In this document: in pieces, positions 56,451-64,000 of the stretch
Layout of the letters: every line of letters starts with the position of its first letter
How positions within the stretch are numbered: position 1 is the stretch's first letter
Origin: an uncultured virus (IMG/VR IMGVR_UViG_3300033075_001055)
Lineage: Duplodnaviria > Heunggongvirae > Uroviricota > Caudoviricetes
Reading direction: 5' to 3' (one strand)
DNA length: 64,000 nucleotides
IMG/VR virus record: IMGVR_UViG_3300033075_001055
Translations under genes and position numbers: made by a program
Notes under the pieces: model-generated
Told to the model about the DNA's origin: nothing
The model's database searches: none
What the model saw: only the letters and a program-made list of their open reading frames with translations

Positions 56451-58289
56451 TTACTGCGCGGTCGGTCCCAACTGACCGGCGATGACGTGGTTTTCACGCG
56501 GCGGGCTGCCTGGGATGTACACGCGCGTCCATCCTAGATTCGTGGGGTCGGGCGATGCCGCAATCAGCCCGCGATACTTGTCTGCGCCGTCGTACAGGTT
56601 CTGAAGTTCCAACCGCTTCAGTTCGCTGTAGATGACCGGCTCAGCCTGCTTGGTATCAAACACGTACTCGGTCAGCGGCTCCGAATAATCGACGCGTTCG
56701 AGACCTTGAAACACAGCCAGCGCAGCACGACAGGACTGACGAATCCACGCCATCCCGCGCACGTACGAAGAAGACGCCCAATCAAGCAACGTGCCGCCGT
56801 AGGTGCTGACCCGCTGCTGAATCAGGAAGTTGCCCGCCTTGACGTACAGCGGCGTCATAAAGTACGTGGTCCGCGCCTGGTTCATGGTCGCCTGACTTGG
56901 GCGATCCATGGGGTCTGGATAGGTGACGGACATGCCCGGCAAATTCGACACGATCGGGCGGTCGTCGAAATTCTTGGTGATACGCGGTTCGAACGCGTAG
57001 TCACACGCCAGCATTGCAGCGAGGTTGTAGGCAGGCTGGAAAGCGCCCTGACACCATGCCGCGCTGTTGCGACCGGGCGAGGATTGCGCCTGGTCTTCGT
57101 TCACGACGCTGGGACTGATACTGCTCACCAGCGCACCGGCAGCAGTCACAGATAGGCTACTCGCCCAGTCTAGGTACTGCTCTTTTTGGTGGTATCCGTT
57201 GCCATTCGTGCGAATGTGCGTGACCAGCGCGCCAAGCGTGGTCGCGTCTTGGAAACAGGTCGCCCACTCTTGCATGGCGTCGGACGCTTCCAGGGCTGCT
57301 AGCGCGTTCGTGAGGTCGGGCAGACCCGTTCCCACGCTTTCGCCGGTATATGTCGCCGTCATGGGTCCGATGCTTGCGTTGACGGCAATCGAGATGCGGT
57401 CAAACGGGCGGTTAGGCTTGGCGATGAAATCGAACTTGTCATCGTCGGGGTTCGCGCGCTGCTGCGCGGACAGCGGGAAATCCGCCTGCGCGTTAATGGC
57501 TGCCACAACCGCCTGACACACCTGCACGTTGGTCTGACCCGCAGCGATAGAACCCGTGGTCACAACCTTGTGCGCGCACGTAACCGTGACGATACCGGCA
57601 GCAGCGCCCGTTGGACCGGCGGCGAACGTGACGAAGCCGGGGGACAGACCGATACCGGTCAGCGTCGGGTCCATGTTGACGGCGACCGGGTGGTTTGTTG
57701 CCCACGCACCTTTGACCGTAGCGCTAAAAGGCACCGCGTTACCGGCGACAGCGCCCGATACAAACGGCATGCCTTTTCCGATGCCCGTCGACGGCGCCAC
57801 GTACTTGTCAAACCGCGCTTTCAAAGCCGCGGCGATGGTCGACGTTGAATCCCCGGTCGCAACATCAACCGGAAATTCAACATCATCGATCTTGATCCGC
57901 ATCTGCCCGCTACCCGTTGCCGCAGTCGCAGAGCCAATCAGCACCGTGTACAGGTTGAACGTGTCAACGCTGCCGGTGCTCATCACGATTGGGGTCACAA
58001 ACACATCGACGCCCGAAGGATGCCGCGCGAACGCCCATTCTGCCATTTGCCGCGCGACCGAGCGCTTTCCGCACTGGCGCCACGCATCATCTGGCCCCGC
58101 AAGCAAATACGGCTTATCAGGTTGCGAGTACAGAAGCCCGTCCGTGTCGACTGCCGCAATCAAGTTGCAGCGGAATCGACCCGTAAACGCGCGGTCAGGG
58201 CTGCCGGGCGAACTTCCACGCGGCGCGATGTAAATGAACGTTCCCGGTTCGGCATTGAACGGGAGATCGGGATTACCCAAGGCTGGCAT
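56451..58289 (-). CDS. contractile tail sheath protein (Mu gpL-like)
   Basis: PGTFI, G..S.A..M, KGAW..N, G.G.PDLTNAL.AL motifs; about 610 aa. Confidence 0.85.
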   Translation of the reverse strand: MPALGNPDLPFNAEPGTFIYIAPRGSSPGSPDRAFTGRFRCNLIAAVDTDGLLYSQPDKPYLLAGPDDAWRQCGKRSVARQMAEWAFARHPSGVDVFVTPIVMSTGSVDTFNLYTVLIGSATAATGSGQMRIKIDDVEFPVDVATGDSTSTIAAALKARFDKYVAPSTGIGKGMPFVSGAVAGNAVPFSATVKGAWATNHPVAVNMDPTLTGIGLSPGFVTFAAGPTGAAAGIVTVTCAHKVVTTGSIAAGQTNVQVCQAVVAAINAQADFPLSAQQRANPDDDKFDFIAKPNRPFDRISIAVNASIGPMTATYTGESVGTGLPDLTNALAALEASDAMQEWATCFQDATTLGALVTHIRTNGNGYHQKEQYLDWASSLSVTAAGALVSSISPSVVNEDQAQSSPGRNSAAWCQGAFQPAYNLAAMLACDYAFEPRITKNFDDRPIVSNLPGMSVTYPDPMDRPSQATMNQARTTYFMTPLYVKAGNFLIQQRVSTYGGTLLDWASSSYVRGMAWIRQSCRAALAVFQGLERVDYSEPLTEYVFDTKQAEPVIYSELKRLELQNLYDGADKYRGLIAASPDPTNLGWTRVYIPGSPPRENHVIAGQLGPTAQ

Positions 58290-58470
58290 CGGACCCCTCC
58301 ACAATCAGGATTGCGCCGCTTTGTCGCAGGTCGCGGTAATAGCCGTTCCACTGGACGCCCATCGGTTCGGCGGTGATTTCTTGCTCGCGACTTCCGAGCT
58401 TATAGACGGGATGTTCGTGCATCGGGTTTTTGATGACCTCGACGCGAACGCCCATTTTTGGGTCAGACAT
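58273..58470 (-). CDS. Mu gp38/DUF2635-like small protein
   Basis: V.WNGYYRDLRQSGAI; position before the sheath. Confidence 0.65.
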   Translation of the reverse strand: MSDPKMGVRVEVIKNPMHEHPVYKLGSREQEITAEPMGVQWNGYYRDLRQSGAILIVEGSDASLG

Positions 58471-59446
58471 TTGGGGGCCTCGATAGCAGGATGTAGGGCT
58501 CCCCAATCGGAATCGCGCTGCCGTCCGGTTGGGGCTGGGTCTCTTGCATCAAAAAACGCTCATGCGCGATGATGTCTTCGGATTCGTTCGGTCGTTCGGT
58601 CGCGAGTTTGATAGTGATGGAAAGCGTATCCATCAGGCGCATGTCTGGACCAAACGACTCGCCGGTTTGATGGTCTTCGATTGAGATGCGGCAAAAGTCT
58701 GTCCATGGGCTCGTCGGCGATGACGCAGAACCCTGGTATCCGCCGCCTGGGACTGTGCCGTACAGCCCCTGACTGCCGCGCAATAGCCATTCAATACGCC
58801 CGATGATTTCGGACGTACCCGGATCGGCTAGCGCTTCTTCTGCGACACCGGAACCAAACCGCGCAGCCGGCGACCCGCGCCAGTTTTTGCTAATGACCTT
58901 AATGTCATACCGCAACGTTTTAAGGTCGCCTGCGCCTGGTTCCTGATCCCAAACTTCAGGCTTAGGCTTCCCGGAAAAGCACACGAACACGGCGGGCTCG
59001 TGTCCCTTACACAGCGTCAATAGCGAGGGCTGACCCGATGGCGCGTCTAGTGGAATGCGCCGGTCAACAAACCCCACGCACGTCAGCCCGTGCCAATAGT
59101 ACGGACCGCGGAAGTCTCGGAACGGTGCCGCGACCCAGCGACCGGGAACGTCTGCGGCTCGGTCGTTCGGGCGAAGAATCGTCACGCCGTCGTCCGCGCG
59201 CAGACTGTAGCAATCCCAGCCCCACGAATGCCCGACCGCTTGCACGTAGGCGAGTTCGGTGGCGATTTCTCCGCGCGTGGGCATAGCGCGTGAATCCGCT
59301 GCACGCAGGTCGCTAACCGTCGCATACGCGCCCGCACCTAGCATGCCGTACTTGAGCCAAATCGTGCGCACGAGCGCGCGACCGATCCGCTCGTCGACAT
59401 CGATCGGCGAGAAATAAAACGGGCTACCGAAAACAGGCACGCTCAT
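58463..59446 (-). CDS. tail completion/terminator-like protein with an inserted domain
   Basis: Mu gp37 position; PAVFVCF motif; insert with DDGVTILRP...GRW. Confidence 0.6.
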   Translation of the reverse strand: MSVPVFGSPFYFSPIDVDERIGRALVRTIWLKYGMLGAGAYATVSDLRAADSRAMPTRGEIATELAYVQAVGHSWGWDCYSLRADDGVTILRPNDRAADVPGRWVAAPFRDFRGPYYWHGLTCVGFVDRRIPLDAPSGQPSLLTLCKGHEPAVFVCFSGKPKPEVWDQEPGAGDLKTLRYDIKVISKNWRGSPAARFGSGVAEEALADPGTSEIIGRIEWLLRGSQGLYGTVPGGGYQGSASSPTSPWTDFCRISIEDHQTGESFGPDMRLMDTLSITIKLATERPNESEDIIAHERFLMQETQPQPDGSAIPIGEPYILLSRPPNV

Positions 59447-60336
59447 GATGCCGCCCTCAGTGGTTTTAGCGAGTAGTCAACGATAAGCGCCTTTAGCCGC
59501 TCCACGTCGTTACCCGTCAGCGTCACATGCTCGCGCTTCGGTACGTGTCCATCGCCCTCGTTGTGGATGCCGTCCTTGCGCCAGCGAGAGCCCACAACCA
59601 CGATGTAATGGTCGCCCTGTTTCGCGGTCTTGCCGTACAGCGTGTCAGGTACGCGACCCAGGAGGCGAATGGTACTGCGTCGCGCTTTGATGCCAGACTT
59701 TGCGATACGGTAGCCGCCTGTCTTAATCTTCGTGACAGCGCTTTCCGCGACCGTGAACGTGCGCCCGACTTTGCGCAGGTCAGACGGGAATGCGACGTTA
59801 ATCGAGCCGTCGTAACCGGGCGAAATGATGCGGGCGCGGTTCTTGTTTTTGTCGCGGACAATGACGACCTTGACGCCCTCGCCGTGGTGTTTCAGGTCCG
59901 CCAGCCGCACGGGGTCTGCCGCCTGCAACGCGACAGATTTCTTATTGATGCGCGCTACTTTCTTTTCGTAGTTGTCGAACTTGCGCTGTAGACCGGCGGG
60001 GACACCAGCCTCGCCGTATTTCTTCGCCGCCCACTCTTTCAGTCCCGCAAGTTTCTTGCCTTCGCGCGCCAGTTTTGCGAGCGCAGACGCACGAATCACG
60101 CCCGACCTGCGGAACATAGAATCGCGGCGGTCTAGGCTTTGATAATTCTGCACGGTTCGGGGACTGAGCGGGGGCATGCCGCGACCCGCTTCGATGGTCT
60201 CGCGAATGTCCGCGCGCTTTTCCCGGGCCCAATGTTTCATGGGCGGTTCCAGGTTTTGCCCGCGTTTGACTGCCGCCTCAAGTGCGCGTTGCAGCCCGTC
60301 CATATCCATGCGCATTTCCAGCATTACGTGAACCAC
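59443..60336 (-). CDS. virion morphogenesis protein (Mu gpG/P2 gpS-like)
   Basis: PLSPRT, VVVGS, IHNEG...VPKREH motifs. Confidence 0.7.
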   Translation of the reverse strand: MVHVMLEMRMDMDGLQRALEAAVKRGQNLEPPMKHWAREKRADIRETIEAGRGMPPLSPRTVQNYQSLDRRDSMFRRSGVIRASALAKLAREGKKLAGLKEWAAKKYGEAGVPAGLQRKFDNYEKKVARINKKSVALQAADPVRLADLKHHGEGVKVVIVRDKNKNRARIISPGYDGSINVAFPSDLRKVGRTFTVAESAVTKIKTGGYRIAKSGIKARRSTIRLLGRVPDTLYGKTAKQGDHYIVVVGSRWRKDGIHNEGDGHVPKREHVTLTGNDVERLKALIVDYSLKPLRAAS

Positions 60337-60842
60337 TTAAACTGGCCGCGCAAACTCGGGTCCGGCGGCGCACCTAGGCGCGCGGTCATGCCCAGCTTGT
60401 AATTGCGGCTGGACGTGGGGTGAATCTGAGTAGAAAGCGATTGCAGGCGCTTACCCAAATCAACTAGCGCTTTGCGACCGTTCTGGTAATCGTCCTCGAC
60501 CAACTGCGGCATCGCTTGGTTTTGCGAACCAGTGACCCAGATGTATTTTCTGAGCACTTTGCGACCCGCCGACAGCACGCCCGACCGATCCATTTCTGAC
60601 CATGGAATCGGCGGCGGCGGAACGTTGCGGATCTGTTGGTTGAACCACAGCGCGTCGAAACTATCCAGGTTGAACGATAGACCTATGGCGGTCCGCACAT
60701 CCCCATCGGTGTCACCTAGCACCTGTTCAAGCAGGACGAGGTTGTAACCAGTACTTTGCGGAACTCGAAAATGTTCCCGCAGAGCATCCGGACCACCTAC
60801 CGCGGACTCAGCATCCGCGGCTGTGAAGTAGTGGAGCGCCAT
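60324..60842 (-). CDS. head-tail adaptor (Mu gp36/DUF1320-like)
   Basis: YFTAAD...; Y..G...L.DL; position. Confidence 0.7.
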   Translation of the reverse strand: MALHYFTAADAESAVGGPDALREHFRVPQSTGYNLVLLEQVLGDTDGDVRTAIGLSFNLDSFDALWFNQQIRNVPPPPIPWSEMDRSGVLSAGRKVLRKYIWVTGSQNQAMPQLVEDDYQNGRKALVDLGKRLQSLSTQIHPTSSRNYKLGMTARLGAPPDPSLRGQFKWFT

Positions 60843-60848
60843 GGTCTA

Positions 60849-61118
60849 TTACCGAGGCTTGCGCCCGTCCGCCCGCGGTTTGTCCTCGCTCGGCTTTTCG
60901 GGTTCTGGCGCCTTCACGGGCTCAGGCGGGGTCTTGAGCAGAGCCGCGCGAGCCTCTTCCAGTGCGACCCGCTGCGAGGCGACTTCTGCGCGCAAAGCTA
61001 CACACGCGGAACACGGCGCGTCCGCCAGCCCGACCTCATACTCGATGATCGCAGGCGCATGCTCGGGAATCGGGAACCCCATTTTAACTGCGGTTTCCTT
61101 GCTGATATGCGTTCTCAT
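60849..61118 (-). CDS. hypothetical protein
   Basis: coupled overlap; Pro/Lys-rich tail. Confidence 0.55.
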   Translation of the reverse strand: MRTHISKETAVKMGFPIPEHAPAIIEYEVGLADAPCSACVALRAEVASQRVALEEARAALLKTPPEPVKAPEPEKPSEDKPRADGRKPR

Positions 61119-61981
61119 TCACTCACCAGAACGGCGATTTGCCGGTCGTATGCTTCCTGCGTCAGGATGCCGGAAGCGAGTAGTTGCTGGAGGTTGCGCG
61201 CCCGCTGTTCAAGCGACGCAGCCGGCTTCGCGGCTTCGCGCCCGGTCGCAGGGTGCAACTGACCCCAGCGCGTGCGCAGGTCTGCGATTTCATCGGCGGT
61301 CGTTTGAGCAATCGCCGCTTTGCCGCGGTCGCCCATGTTACGAGACATCGCCTCGCCCTGTTGCCGCAGCGCTTCGCAATGCGCCTCTAGGTCATCGGCG
61401 GTCATCTGCCCGAGCAACTTGTCGCGAGCCGCAGCGCTTTCGTTTTCGGTTACTTCGCGGATTTGCTCGATCGTGTGCCGCTGGAGTTCCTGGGCTTTTT
61501 GCAGGCGCTGTTCGTCTTCTAGGTACTCGGCCCGCGCCGCTTCCTCTGCCTTGCGTTGGGCTTCGGTCTGCATGCGCTTCGATGACATGGACTGATGCGC
61601 CCGCATGTCCTGAATCTGCTTCGTGACGTTCTGCGCTTCCGGCGATGCCATCTGGCGCTTGATGATTTCGTACTCCATCGGCGTGCACAGAACCGCGCGA
61701 TGGGCCTGAAAAGTCATCTGAGTCAGGTTGTACGGCACACCCGGAATCAGATGCGCAAGCACCTGTTCTCCGGCATTCTCAACGCGGTAGCCCATCGCTT
61801 TTGCGTTCGCGATGGCGCCCGTGTCGATGATGGCGCTGTACTGGCGATTTGGGCGCAGGTAGCACTTGACCATCTGTTTCGGGTCAACCAGGGACATGTC
61901 GACGTTGCGATCCAGCGTCCCCTCGAACCCTTCCAGTCCGTTGCCCTTTGCGCTGAAAATATCGTCTGCTGCTGCGTTCAT
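61115..61981 (-). CDS. coiled-coil protein with a C-terminal SHOCT-like domain
   Basis: LQQLLASGILTQEAYDRQIAVL; GAGGA RBS. Confidence 0.65.
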   Translation of the reverse strand: MNAAADDIFSAKGNGLEGFEGTLDRNVDMSLVDPKQMVKCYLRPNRQYSAIIDTGAIANAKAMGYRVENAGEQVLAHLIPGVPYNLTQMTFQAHRAVLCTPMEYEIIKRQMASPEAQNVTKQIQDMRAHQSMSSKRMQTEAQRKAEEAARAEYLEDEQRLQKAQELQRHTIEQIREVTENESAAARDKLLGQMTADDLEAHCEALRQQGEAMSRNMGDRGKAAIAQTTADEIADLRTRWGQLHPATGREAAKPAASLEQRARNLQQLLASGILTQEAYDRQIAVLVSE

Positions 61982-62045
61982 TTGGATTCCTCGGTCCAAA
62001 GGTTTGCGCGGTGGCGAAGCCTCGACTCTTCGCCCCGTTTGCTAC

Positions 62046-63068
62046 TTACGACGACAGCATGCCGCGGAATCGCGCCAGCGCCGGGTTGACGGCATTGAAC
62101 GCGACGAAAGCCGCAGTCGGCTCCTCGACCAGGAAGTGGACGAAGGCAGAGACCTGCACGACTTCGGCAAACCGCGGCGTACGGAACTCGGGGTACCGCA
62201 GAGACACGATCGGTTCGGAGTCCGACCCGCCCATGAAGTACATATGACCGAACGAGTTGTCAGACCGCGACGGACCGCCACCGGTCAGAATCAGCACGTC
62301 CGGACCACCAAAGTACCGCTTGCTACCCAGCCCAGACAGACCCGGAGCTTTATAGATGCCGTACTCGTCGATGTAAATCGTGCCCGGCTCGACGTGCAAG
62401 AACTCCTCGACCAGTTTCGGCGTGACGGCGCGGAACGTGGTCACATCCATACGCCCGATGGTCGTCGGATGTTGTTGTAGTTCCTGCCACACGGGCGAAG
62501 TCATGTAAATCTTGTGGATCGGGCGGTTCGACTCCTCGCGAACGAAACGCGTCCAGGTCAGCAAGTCGTCCAGTGGATTCGCGTCCGGGCTCGTGCGGTT
62601 GCTCCACTGCTGCGCCGCGGGAACGGTCGTGTTAAACGTCATCAGAGCCGCATTGCGCAGCGTCTGATTGATGGCGGCATACTCCAGCCGCAGCCGCAGC
62701 CGGTCATAGACGTACTGCCCCTGACGCGCCGCAAAGTCGAAAATCTCGTCGGCGGTGTCCTTGGTGACGTTCGGAATCAGTGCTTCAAGCCCGAACGCTT
62801 GCAGATTGTACGTCAGCGGCGAACGAACGTTAAAGCTCACGCGGTCGAGCAGCCCATCGTCGCCGATGTCCGCTTCGTGCATGGTGATGGACGTGTCATT
62901 GTCGATGCGAGCGATCAGATCGCTCAGTTTCTCGACAGGCACGCCAGACCACAGAACCGAGTGCGCGAACGTGTTGGGACTGCCGCGATCCTTCAGAAGG
63001 TACGTCAGCAGTTTGTCAACGTGCAGACCGCGGGCAGCGCCGCGGGTCGTTTGAAAAAGGGTACTCAT
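62046..63068 (-). CDS. major capsid protein
   Basis: 340 aa; HVDKLLT, QWS...ANPL.D, W..L..HP, FGHMY motifs; AAGGAG RBS. Confidence 0.82.
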   Translation of the reverse strand: MSTLFQTTRGAARGLHVDKLLTYLLKDRGSPNTFAHSVLWSGVPVEKLSDLIARIDNDTSITMHEADIGDDGLLDRVSFNVRSPLTYNLQAFGLEALIPNVTKDTADEIFDFAARQGQYVYDRLRLRLEYAAINQTLRNAALMTFNTTVPAAQQWSNRTSPDANPLDDLLTWTRFVREESNRPIHKIYMTSPVWQELQQHPTTIGRMDVTTFRAVTPKLVEEFLHVEPGTIYIDEYGIYKAPGLSGLGSKRYFGGPDVLILTGGGPSRSDNSFGHMYFMGGSDSEPIVSLRYPEFRTPRFAEVVQVSAFVHFLVEEPTAAFVAFNAVNPALARFRGMLSS

Positions 63069-63080
63069 AGACTCGGCTCC

Positions 63081-63986
63081 TTACTGAACCTGGAAGTTGA
63101 CCGTGCTGTGTTCGGCGGTGCCAACGCCAGTCGCCAGTGCCACAGCCTTGATAACCAGCACATCGCCCGCCGCCATGCTGAACTTGTCAGACCCGGCAGC
63201 CGGGACGCCTTCGGTATCGGTACCGGTGATATCGATCGTGACGGAAGCAGCGGCGGCATTTGCAGCGGCGGCGGTTGCGCCCTTCTTCCACTGATACTGC
63301 ACGCCCTTGTTCGCACCCGGGGCAACGGCGAGTTCCGCACCCTTGACCGTGACAACCGACGCAGCAGATGCGCGGTAGACAACCGGCGTGTTCAGTGCGG
63401 CGGCGGGGTTGGTGTGCAGACCCGAGATGGGCAGGAAACGGCCATCCACAACCGCGTCCGTGGCATCGCAAGTAATCGGGCTGCCGGCAATGCTCTTGCC
63501 TGCCATGCCGACCATCAGGTCCGCCTGGATGTACTGTTCGCTAGCCGACGACGCTGGGTACTGAATCGCGCGGGCAACCGGTGGAATCAGCGAACCCAGC
63601 GGACGGCTGATCACGCAACCGGGAACTGCCGGATCGGGAATCAAGAACGGATTCGCAGCCGTCACGGTCTGGTTTGGCGAAAGAATCAGCGGAACGTGCC
63701 CGAAACCGGACGCGATCGTGATTCCATTGACGCCCGTTTCATCAACGGGAATGAACGTGGAAAGGCTCGGCTCCGCCGGACCCTTGACGTTCACGCCAAT
63801 CAGATCGCCGGGGGCAATGCCGCCGATGGTCTCGCCATTGACCACGACATCGGACGAGCCGGCATTGGTCAGCAGCGAGATAGCCACCAGCGAACCGAAT
63901 CGCATGTTAGACGATTTGTTGCTCGCGCCCCAGATCCACGGAACACGCGAGCCACGGTTAAACGCTTCAACGATAGGGACACCCAT
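63081..63986 (-). CDS. capsid decoration/cement protein with a C-terminal extension
   Basis: immediately upstream of the capsid gene; Ala/Gly/Val beta-rich; AGGAG RBS. Confidence 0.6.
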   Translation of the reverse strand: MGVPIVEAFNRGSRVPWIWGASNKSSNMRFGSLVAISLLTNAGSSDVVVNGETIGGIAPGDLIGVNVKGPAEPSLSTFIPVDETGVNGITIASGFGHVPLILSPNQTVTAANPFLIPDPAVPGCVISRPLGSLIPPVARAIQYPASSASEQYIQADLMVGMAGKSIAGSPITCDATDAVVDGRFLPISGLHTNPAAALNTPVVYRASAASVVTVKGAELAVAPGANKGVQYQWKKGATAAAANAAAASVTIDITGTDTEGVPAAGSDKFSMAAGDVLVIKAVALATGVGTAEHSTVNFQVQ

Positions 63987-64000
63987 GGTCGTCGGCTCCT

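Noticed and set aside
40122..63986. Stand-alone contractile injection system or tailocin
   Set aside because: A major capsid, head-tail adaptor and phage replication genes are linked, indicating a true myovirus-type phage.

Overview
This window is a GC-rich, 64-kb piece of a tailed-phage or prophage genome, with almost all genes on the minus strand. The right part (about 40.1-64.0 kb) is a Mu-like contractile-tail morphogenesis operon. It encodes a capsid decoration protein, major capsid, head-tail proteins, sheath, tube, a chaperone with an A_AAA_AAG -1 frameshift, tape measure, baseplate and tail fibre. Several genes in this operon unexpectedly carry signal peptides or lipoboxes. The left part (about 0.1-39.9 kb) is a dense array of small, translationally coupled early/middle genes. 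Recognisable products include a replication initiator with internal iterons, a DnaC-like ATPase, an SNF2-like helicase next to a DNA methyltransferase, RusA, MazG-like, RyR-domain, ASCH-like and cyclic-phosphate receiver proteins, a sigma70-family factor, two HNH nucleases, and many HTH, RHH and Zn-finger proteins. It also holds a tRNA-Asn(GTT) flanked by unexplained tRNA-like RNAs. The best-supported surprise is a 4,275-bp cargo-carrying transposon at 32143-36417. It has 20-bp terminal inverted repeats, a 9-bp target duplication, subterminal repeats, a SWIM-zinc-finger/DDE transposase and six passenger genes, and removing it restores an interrupted phage ORF. No terminase, portal, integrase, reverse transcriptase or CRISPR array was seen. 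Cys-rich lipoproteins suggest a Myxococcota-like host, which is an inference. All product calls come from motif recognition and gene order by eye; no database searches were run.
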